Shown here in pieces: positions 1 to 6,754 of a DNA stretch of 10,093 bases. The stretch spans positions 9,256-19,348 of the forward strand of contig JBMFSQ010000043.1 of the NCBI GenBank assembly GCA_049967475.1, written 5' to 3'. The position numbers and the translations under genes are program-made. Positions within the stretch are counted from its first letter, which is position 1. Each line of letters opens with the position of its first letter. The notes below the pieces were generated by a model that saw nothing but the letters and a program-made list of their open reading frames with translations, ran no database searches and was not told the DNA's origin. This DNA is from Chthonomonadales bacterium (GTDB taxonomy: Bacteria; Armatimonadota; Chthonomonadetes; Chthonomonadales; CAJBBX01).

Positions 1-31
1 ACGGCGTGGCGCGTGTGCCAGGGGACAGCAC
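1..31 (-). CDS. Possible 5' end of the next gene downstream of glmM (runs off the window)
   Basis: The minus strand has GGAGG (43-39), then 7 nt, then GTG (31-29), and the frame stays open to the window edge. Only about 10 codons are visible. Confidence 0.25.
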   Translation of the reverse strand, partial: MLSPGTRATP

Positions 32-83
32 GAACCATCCTCCGGACGAGGCGCGGGGCACAGGGAAGCGTGGACGCGAGGCT

Positions 84-1430
84 CTAGCGCGCTGCGGCCG
101 CGATGACGGAAGCGAGATCGTCAACGACCTCATCTACCACGGACGCATCGGGGCCTTGGGCCATGATGCGGATCACGGGTTCCGTTCCCGACGCCCTCAC
201 CGAAAGCCATTCGCGCCGCCCAAGCCGTTCATAGGCCCGCTCAATAGCCTCTCGGACACCGGGACCCTCCTCCCATCCGTCGCGGTGGTGCACCCGCACG
301 TTTCGCAGCTTCTGGGGCAAGCGTTCCATGACGGCGGCTAATTGGGAAAGCCTCAGACCCGAGCGTTTCATCTCCGCCAGCACCCGCAATCCGGTGATGA
401 TGCCGTCGCCTGCGCGGCTCACCCTAGGGAACAGCAAGTGGCCGGATTGCTCTCCGCCAAGGGCTGCCCCTGTGGCTTCCAGCGCTTCGGCCACGTAACG
501 GTCTCCCACGGCTGTGCGTATCAGGCGAATGCCATGACGCTCCATTGCTACGTCTAGTCCTGCGTTGCTCATCACCGTAGCCACGACCGTGTCGTTGGAA
601 AGCTCGCCGCGCTGGCGCATGGCAATCGCACAAAGCGCCATCATTTGATCGCCGTCCACAACCTCGCCGCGCTCATCGCACATCATCACACGGTCGCCGT
701 CTCCGTCGAAGGCAAGTCCGGCATCGGCACCTACCTCCCTCACTGTTTGGCAGAGGCTGGAGGGATGCGTAGAGCCGCAATCCAGATTGATGTTCGTCCC
801 CGAAGGCTGTGTGTGGATGGCGGTAATGCGCGCTCCTAGATCGCTAAAGACGCGTGGGGCGATAGAACATGTTGCTCCGTTGGCACAATCCAGAACCAGA
901 TGGAACCCGTGCAAAGGAAATGGGCTGCGCGTGTGTAGGAAGGCGAGATACGCGTCAACGTATTCTGGGTGATCTTCCACCCGGCCGATCTGCCCACCCT
1001 TGGGACGAGGAAGGCGGTGCCACCGGCGCATCGCACGCTCGATCTCGTCTTCGAGGGCGTCGGAAAGCTTGCGTCCGTCCGGCCCGAAGAACTTGATGCC
1101 GTTATCGTCATACGGATTGTGGGAGGCCGAGATGACGGCGCCTGCAGACGCGCCCATCTTCGTTGTAATGTAGGCGACCCCTGGGGTAGGCACAATGCCG
1201 ACGTTCTGCACCCGTACGCCCATGGAGGCGAGTCCGGCTGCAAGAGCCCCCTCCAGCATATCTCCAGAAATGCGGGTGTCCCTGCCTACCACCACCTGTG
1301 CACGCTGCACATGGTGCGTCAGCACGTAGGCCGCCGCCATGCCCAGCTTGAGCGCCACAAATGCCGTCAGTTCCTCGTTCGCCACACCGCGGACGCCGTC
1401 GGTGCCGAAGCCGATGGCGCGCCGCGTCAT
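84..1430 (-). CDS. glmM: Phosphoglucosamine mutase
   Basis: 448-aa ORF with FGTDGVRG at the N-terminus, the phosphoserine loop VISASHNP, the metal-binding AFDGDGDR, the sugar-binding GGEQSGH and a C-terminal VRASGTEP. Its start ATG overlaps the grpE stop (ATGA). Confidence 0.95.
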   Translation of the reverse strand: MTRRAIGFGTDGVRGVANEELTAFVALKLGMAAAYVLTHHVQRAQVVVGRDTRISGDMLEGALAAGLASMGVRVQNVGIVPTPGVAYITTKMGASAGAVISASHNPYDDNGIKFFGPDGRKLSDALEDEIERAMRRWHRLPRPKGGQIGRVEDHPEYVDAYLAFLHTRSPFPLHGFHLVLDCANGATCSIAPRVFSDLGARITAIHTQPSGTNINLDCGSTHPSSLCQTVREVGADAGLAFDGDGDRVMMCDERGEVVDGDQMMALCAIAMRQRGELSNDTVVATVMSNAGLDVAMERHGIRLIRTAVGDRYVAEALEATGAALGGEQSGHLLFPRVSRAGDGIITGLRVLAEMKRSGLRLSQLAAVMERLPQKLRNVRVHHRDGWEEGPGVREAIERAYERLGRREWLSVRASGTEPVIRIMAQGPDASVVDEVVDDLASVIAAAAR

Positions 1431-2053
1431 GAGTTCCTCGCCACTTTCACCATGGTGGGGCGCAGCACACGGGAGTGCATCATGTACCCCTTCTGAACCT
1501 CGTCTACCACGGTGTTCTCAGGATGCTCGCTGTCGTCAACGCGCATCACCGCTTCATGAAGGTTCGGATCGAACTCCTTGCCCAGCGCTTCGATGGCTTC
1601 TACGCCATTCTTCTTGAGGTACTCCTGCATCTGGCGCAGCGTGAGGGCAACTCCGCCTACCAGCGCTTCGTAGCTATGCGTCTGTTCTGCGGCTGCCAAT
1701 GCCCGTTCCAGGTTGTCGAGGATGGGCAGCAGCCCCAGCATCATCTCGCGGTTGGCGAACTGAACGATCTCGGACCGCTGTTCATCTGCTCTGCGCTTGT
1801 AGTTCTGAAAGTCGGCCAGCGCCCGCAGATGCAAGTGGCGTTCCCGCTCCAGTTGTTTTTCCAGCTCCTGCACGCGCGCCCGAAGCATGGCCAGCTCCTG
1901 TTGAAGGGCCGCTGCAGGTTCAGAAAGCTCAGGCTCAGGCCCTTCCGGTGCGTTCTCCGGTTGCGCCGGTGCACCCTGGACATTCTGCGCTGTGCTGTCG
2001 AGATGATCCTTGTCGGCAGACGCCGCGTGATCCTTATGCGCTCTGTGGGACAT
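1427..2053 (-). CDS. grpE: Nucleotide exchange factor GrpE
   Basis: Motifs LRALADFQNYKRR, LLPILDNLERAL, GKEFDPNLHEAV and QKGYMMHSRVLRPTMVKV. Start moved to the ATG at 2053 (MSHRAH), which has a GGGAGGGAG RBS just upstream. Confidence 0.95.
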   Translation of the reverse strand: MSHRAHKDHAASADKDHLDSTAQNVQGAPAQPENAPEGPEPELSEPAAALQQELAMLRARVQELEKQLERERHLHLRALADFQNYKRRADEQRSEIVQFANREMMLGLLPILDNLERALAAAEQTHSYEALVGGVALTLRQMQEYLKKNGVEAIEALGKEFDPNLHEAVMRVDDSEHPENTVVDEVQKGYMMHSRVLRPTMVKVARNS

Positions 2054-2075
2054 ACTGTTCACTCCCTCCCTCAAC

Positions 2076-2146
2076 AAAAACGGTGTTCACGCCATGGACC
2101 GGGCCCACGCGCCCCCAACAGGCGCGGAGCGGGGGACTGAACACCG
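2076..2146 (-). other. Branched stem-loop followed by a U-tract in the hrcA-grpE spacer (possible attenuator or processing element)
   Basis: Perfect 9-bp inverted repeat CGGTGTTCA (2081-2089) / TGAACACCG (2138-2146), with an inner CGCGCC/GGCGCG hairpin (2108-2113/2121-2126). On the coding strand it is followed immediately by UUUUUG. Confidence 0.5.
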
Positions 2147-2159
2147 CCAATCAAACATT

Positions 2160-3197
2160 CTATCCAAAACTATGATGCGTAAGCAGGGCCGACAAGTTCC
2201 TGGCCATCCAGCCCACCGCCCCAACGGCACGGCCGTAATGCATTCGGGTAGGCCCGACGATCCCGATATAGCCGGCAACCCGGTTGCCGATGAAGTAATT
2301 GGCCGTTACGATGCTGCAATCGCGCATGGCCTCAATTTGTCCCTCGGAGCCGATGAGCACCGTAATATCATCGCCGAGCAAGGTGCGGCTAAGGATCCGG
2401 TACAGAACGCTGCGCTCCTCCAGAGCGCTTAGGAGTTGTTCGAGCTTCGTAACATCGTGAAACTCCGGTTGCTTTAGGATCTGGCTGGCCCCTTCTATGA
2501 AAATACGGTGCTCGCCCAAAGCCTCGGCCACGTCCACGATTGCTTGGAATATCGGTCCTAGAAGCTGCCGAAAAGGCTCTGGCATGGAAACGTCGCCCGG
2601 CCGCCGCATCCTGATAATGTCGTCCAGGGATTTTCCCCCCAACGCGCGGTTCAGGAAGTTTGCCACCCTTTCGAGGTCCCCATCCCCGGGGGACCCCGGC
2701 AGATCCACCAGGCGGTGTTCTACCTCACCATTGGTAAGCACCGCAACGACGATCGCCCGCGACGGTGTCGCCCGCGTCACGACAATCTGATGCAGCGACG
2801 CCGAGGCCCCAACCGGCGGAGTGGCGAGGCTGGGATATTGCGTTACGCTCGCCAACAAACGGCAGGTATGATGAAGGATATCCTCTACGGGCGATCCGGT
2901 TGCATCCCGCACATCCGCCGGCGCAACGGCCGGCATATCGGCGAAGGATGGGCGCGGCATCAGCCGATCTACGTAATACCGATATCCTCGTTCGGTAGGA
3001 ATGCGCCCTGCCGAGGTATGGGGTTGCGCGAGGTACCCGAGCTCGGACATCTCGGCCATCTCGTTGCGTACCGTAGCCGACTTGCAGCCAAAGTCGTAGC
3101 GCGACGCGAGCCATTCCGAAGCAATGGGATCTGCGCGCTCCACGTAATCGTCTACTATCGCCTGCAGGATCCTGCCCTTTCGAGCGTCAAGCGCCAC
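2160..3197 (-). CDS. hrcA: Heat-inducible transcription repressor HrcA
   Basis: Motifs SATVRNEMAEMSELGYLAQPHTSAGRIPTERGYRYYVD and C-terminal IGIVGPTRMHY. The preferred start is the GTG at 3197 (MALDARKGRILQAIV) with AGGAGG 6 nt upstream. The GTG at 3218 is an alternative. Confidence 0.95.
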   Translation of the reverse strand: MALDARKGRILQAIVDDYVERADPIASEWLASRYDFGCKSATVRNEMAEMSELGYLAQPHTSAGRIPTERGYRYYVDRLMPRPSFADMPAVAPADVRDATGSPVEDILHHTCRLLASVTQYPSLATPPVGASASLHQIVVTRATPSRAIVVAVLTNGEVEHRLVDLPGSPGDGDLERVANFLNRALGGKSLDDIIRMRRPGDVSMPEPFRQLLGPIFQAIVDVAEALGEHRIFIEGASQILKQPEFHDVTKLEQLLSALEERSVLYRILSRTLLGDDITVLIGSEGQIEAMRDCSIVTANYFIGNRVAGYIGIVGPTRMHYGRAVGAVGWMARNLSALLTHHSFG

Positions 3198-3232
3198 CTC
3201 GAACCTCCTGCGTGACACTACCTCTAGTTTCT

Positions 3233-3262
3233 AGTATGCCTAGACGACCTCGCCATTGTCAA
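3233..3262 (-). promoter_or_regulatory. Putative sigma70/sigmaA promoter of hrcA-grpE-glmM
   Basis: The minus strand reads TTGACA (3262-3257), 18-nt spacer, CATACT (3238-3233), in the short gap upstream of hrcA. Confidence 0.6.
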
Positions 3263-3275
3263 GGTGCGCCCTCCG

Positions 3276-4835
3276 TTACGGATCGAAGTCCCGCGTGTTG
3301 ACCAGTGTTCTGCGGCCATCGTACTGGGGCACCGCCGGGTTGTGCCGCTCCAGGTAGCGCAAGATTGCATCCAGCCGCCGGATGCCGGTGTCTTTGCGGT
3401 TTGCAACTTTTTGGAACTCGGGCCACGCCGCCATGTAACTGTTGGTAGATCCATGGTATATTCGCTCATCCCGGATGGGCTCGCCGGCGACGGAGGCCTC
3501 CAGCAGCGTATGCCCGCGAACCTTGTAGCGGATGCCGCTCACGGCGGGCCGAGTGCGCGCCAGGATCTCCTTCAGCTCGCTACCCGTGATGTCGAAGGTT
3601 ACGATTGTGTTGGAGAACGGATCCAACTCCACGACGTCTTCGTAGGTGATGGGGCCTTTAGCGAGGTTCGCTCGAACGCCGCCGATATTCTCCAGATCGA
3701 AATCCGATCCCACCGCTTCGCGCACCGCATCCGCCACCAAATGGTAGTTCGCATCGTCGTGTTCGGTTTCCGCAAAATCGTCTGCGGCATTTCCTACGAC
3801 GCGCCCGTACTTATGAGCGATAGGCCGCCAGTAGGCGGCAACCACCTTTGCCACGTGAGGATCCTCGGGAACCGAAGAGGTCACCGGGATGAGCTTGCCG
3901 AACGATCGCTGGATCCGCCAGCCGCCCGCGGCGTCTCGAACCAGGGCGAGATCCAACTCACCCAGGGTTCCTGCCCACTGAAAATCCTGGACGATGAGTG
4001 TGCCGCGGGTATAGCCGGGCTGCGTGGAGGCTACAAACACTGGCCCATCCAACAGGGTGTGGGAATGCCCGCCTACGATCACGTCAATGCCCGGCACTTC
4101 ACGGGCCAGCCGGCGGTCCACTTCATACCCCAAGTGCGTCACAGCGATTACCAGGTCCGCTCGTCGGCGCAACTGGGGAACGAGGCGGCGCGCAGCAGCA
4201 AAGGGATCTTCTATGACGATCCCCTCCTTGGCGGCACGGTAGTTGCGCGTGTCGGTGGTGAGGAGGCCGAAGAAAGCGACGCGCACGCCCCGTATCGTGC
4301 GCACAACATAGGGACGGTAGAGGGATTGGCGGGTGGCTCCCACCGCGGTGTTGGCTGAAAGGATGGGGTACCGCGCCTCGGCTATGAGCCGCCGTACCTG
4401 GGCTAGCGAGTTGTTGAATTCGTGATTGCCCGGGCATGCCAGATCATACCCGGCGGCGTTCATCGCCGCGACATCTGCATCCCCATGGTATTCCGTGGAG
4501 AATGCCGTTCCATCGCAGATGTCTCCGGCGTCAATCACAACCACTGCGCGCCGCTGGTCGGCCCGGATGCGGCGGATGAGTGTGGCGCGCCGGGCGATGC
4601 CTCCGATATTCCGGCGGACTTTCAGCTTGGCCAATGGAGACTTGGCGTCAAAGCGTTCCGGATAGCTGTAGGGCAGTAGATGGCCGTGGGTGTCGTTGGT
4701 GTAGAGCAGCGTCAGCTTGACGCTCTTGAGCGGCGGCGGGGTGGGCCGGAGCGATGCTTCGAGAGCAGAAGCAGGAATTAACGATACAATCGCGAATAAG
4801 ACACCGGCAGCACCCCAGCGGGCGGCGTGAGGCAT
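3276..4835 (-). CDS. Secreted bifunctional metallophosphatase / 5'-nucleotidase (UshA/CpdB-like family)
   Basis: Calcineurin-like motifs YTNDTHG, IDAGD, GNHEF, THLG and GGHSH, plus a C-terminal 5'-nucleotidase domain (NIGGVRA...PFSNTI). Start moved to the ATG at 4835 (GGAGG upstream), which gives an N-terminal signal-peptide-like segment (MPHAARWGAAGVLFAIVSLIPASA). Confidence 0.88.
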   Translation of the reverse strand: MPHAARWGAAGVLFAIVSLIPASALEASLRPTPPPLKSVKLTLLYTNDTHGHLLPYSYPERFDAKSPLAKLKVRRNIGGIARRATLIRRIRADQRRAVVVIDAGDICDGTAFSTEYHGDADVAAMNAAGYDLACPGNHEFNNSLAQVRRLIAEARYPILSANTAVGATRQSLYRPYVVRTIRGVRVAFFGLLTTDTRNYRAAKEGIVIEDPFAAARRLVPQLRRRADLVIAVTHLGYEVDRRLAREVPGIDVIVGGHSHTLLDGPVFVASTQPGYTRGTLIVQDFQWAGTLGELDLALVRDAAGGWRIQRSFGKLIPVTSSVPEDPHVAKVVAAYWRPIAHKYGRVVGNAADDFAETEHDDANYHLVADAVREAVGSDFDLENIGGVRANLAKGPITYEDVVELDPFSNTIVTFDITGSELKEILARTRPAVSGIRYKVRGHTLLEASVAGEPIRDERIYHGSTNSYMAAWPEFQKVANRKDTGIRRLDAILRYLERHNPAVPQYDGRRTLVNTRDFDP

Positions 4836-5123
4836 GGCACTAGTCCTCCGGTTATGGACAGAATGGATAATCGGAACCTTTTCCATTGTAGCGTATAGCG
4901 GGAGCCTAGCACCCTTCTGCACGCGGTCAGGATCCTTGGGTTCCTTGCTATCCGTATAACTCAAGCGTAGGCTATGGGGCAGGCACCGGATCTACGAACG
5001 GAGTGCCACAGCTCTCCAAAGGAAGAAGCAGACGCGCACGTGCACCCATACCGCACCAAGGTTGGCAGGAAGGACGGGCTCGGGCTACGACCAGGCGCAA
5101 CAGGCGCCGAAAAGGACAGGAGA

Positions 5124-5648
5124 ATGGTACGCAGAGCAGTAGTCTTCAGCATCGCCGCACTCTTGGCGGCAAGTGTCGCCGTGGCAGGTGCGCCGAAACA
5201 GGGCAAGCCAAAGGCCAAGGCAGCCAAGGTTGTAGAAGTGAAAGTGTGCCCCATGGACGGAATGAAGGCCATGGGCACCATGGGCGGCGTCGAGCGTGTG
5301 GGAAATTACAACGTGCATTTTTGCGGGAAAGAGTGCAAGCAGGCATTCGACAAACTCTCTCCCAAAGAGAAGATCGCCAAGGTCCAAGCAGTGCTCAAAA
5401 AGTCCGCACCTGCTCATCCTGCAAAAAAGAAGATGGGGATGGGCCCGGGGCATTCCGGAGCAACGCTCGTGTCCCTGGAGTATTGTCCGATGACCGGCGA
5501 GAAGGTGAAGGGCGCGGGGGGCGGAAGCGTCGTCTTCGAGAACTATAAGGTAAACTTCTGCTGCGCCGGATGCAAAGCCCCCTTTGAGAAGCTGACGGAC
5601 GCACAAAAGCGCGCCAAGATCGCCGCGGTGCTTCACAAAACCGAATAG
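5124..5648 (+). CDS. Secreted protein with two tandem YHS/TRASH-like (CPMxG...FCxxxC) putative metal-binding domains
   Basis: ATG at 5124 follows the purine-rich AAAAGGACAGGAGA. Signal peptide MVRRAVVFSIAALLAASVAVAGA. Repeat 1 is VCPMDG...YNVHFCGKECKQAFDKL and repeat 2 is YCPMTG...YKVNFCCAGCKAPFEKL. Confidence 0.75.
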   Translation: MVRRAVVFSIAALLAASVAVAGAPKQGKPKAKAAKVVEVKVCPMDGMKAMGTMGGVERVGNYNVHFCGKECKQAFDKLSPKEKIAKVQAVLKKSAPAHPAKKKMGMGPGHSGATLVSLEYCPMTGEKVKGAGGGSVVFENYKVNFCCAGCKAPFEKLTDAQKRAKIAAVLHKTE

Positions 5649-5896
5649 AGGAGCCGGCGAATACTGCGGCGCACATGCCTGCGGTCCTGGTGATCGCTTG
5701 CCAGTTGGTATCGCCCGCCTTCTGCGCTGGGCCCAGACGCCGCATCCGAAAGAGCAGGGTCGCTGCAACGTCGTGCACAGCCTGGTGCGCGGGTGCCTTT
5801 TGCACCACGCAAGCTGCGGCGGCGCTCCGGATTGCGAGAACCGTAGTCGGGCCTCCGGCAGCGGTAAGCTGGGTGTGTCTTTGTTTGAAGCCGCGA

Positions 5897-5939
5897 CACC
5901 CGTGCCCTCTGCGCAGTTAAGCCCTGCAGGGCACGGGTG
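5897..5939. repeat. Perfect 12-bp inverted repeat (hairpin)
   Basis: CACCCGTGCCCT (5897-5908) and AGGGCACGGGTG (5928-5939). No U-tract on either side. Confidence 0.6.
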
Positions 5940-6024
5940 GCTCTGCACCCGGCTGCTGCGCGCCAACGAACGGTGCCCTGAATCTCAGGCGACAGCATGC
6001 TCGCACTCCGGCATTGGCCGCTGA

Positions 6025-6741
6025 ATGAAAGTTCTCTTCACATTCGAAAAAGGCGAAGAGGTTCGGTGGCTGGGTCACCTGGACATTCTGCGCACGTTTG
6101 AACGGGCAATCCGGCGCAGCGATCTGCCCGTCATGTTTTCAAGCGGCTACAACCCTCGCGAGCGCCTGTCCTTTGCTTCGGCCCTGGGCGTGGGAGTAAC
6201 AGGCTCCCGCGAATTGGGGCTCTTGGAACTTTCGGAGGAGGTGGATCCAGACGAGGTGGCGGACGCGCTCAATCGAGTTCTTCCTCAGGGCATCCGTGTG
6301 CTTGACGCGAAGGCGATCTCCGACGCAGCATCCCGCAATCCGTGGGAGCGGTATCAATGCTCGGAGCTTGTCCTCGTATGCGTTCGGCCCGGAGGCGTGT
6401 CGTCCGCAAACGCTGGCCGCGCCATCGAGCAGATTCTTGCCCGCACAAGTCTCCAAGTATCCACGGAAACGGACCGCGGAACCCGAACCCGCGACATTCG
6501 GAGGTTCCTTCGGTGGATACGACCCGCAGCGATCCAGGGCGATACGATCACCTTTTCTGTTGGGGTAGCATTGGGGCAGGAAGGAAGCGCTCGTCCTGCC
6601 GAGATTGTTGCTGCGCTCGCCCAAGGATTGGAAGGATTGACCCTTCGACGAGCCCACCGGGCGGCGATCCTGACGGAGGAAGAGTGCGCCCGGCGCGCTA
6701 CGGCGGAGAAGCACGGCGCACAAGATGAACTGTTAACATAG
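6025..6741 (+). CDS. DUF2344 / TIGR03936-like radical SAM-associated protein
   Basis: The N-terminus FEKGEEVRWLGHLDILRTFERAIRRSDLPVMFSSGYNPRERLSFASALGVG is characteristic of this family, as are LNRVLPQGI and RDIRRF. Its position directly upstream of an Rne/Rng gene is typical. Confidence 0.85.
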   Translation: MKVLFTFEKGEEVRWLGHLDILRTFERAIRRSDLPVMFSSGYNPRERLSFASALGVGVTGSRELGLLELSEEVDPDEVADALNRVLPQGIRVLDAKAISDAASRNPWERYQCSELVLVCVRPGGVSSANAGRAIEQILARTSLQVSTETDRGTRTRDIRRFLRWIRPAAIQGDTITFSVGVALGQEGSARPAEIVAALAQGLEGLTLRRAHRAAILTEEECARRATAEKHGAQDELLT

Positions 6742-6754
6742 GAGGTTTCCTGAA

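Noticed and set aside
3264..4358. Long antisense ORFs (3264-4358 +, 6698-7591 -, 7709-8458 -, 5085-5966 -, 1475-2140 + and others)
   Set aside because: These are shadow ORFs opposite well-supported genes in GC-rich DNA and have no recognisable motifs.
4980..5009. CIRCE-like half sites GGCAC...GAGTGCCAC (and CTAGCACCC near 4906-4914)
   Set aside because: The arm spacing is 3 nt too long and the left arm is poor. The second site has no partner arm. Neither lies upstream of a chaperone gene.
4836..5123. N-terminal extensions of the nucleotidase (to 4964) and the YHS-like protein (from 4974)
   Set aside because: The downstream starts have RBSs and place the signal peptides at the N-terminus. 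This region is better read as a divergent promoter region.
5675..5920. 81-aa Cys-rich ORF downstream of the YHS-like gene
   Set aside because: The nearest AGGAG is about 20 nt upstream of the ATG and there is no recognisable domain. It cannot be supported as a gene from sequence alone.
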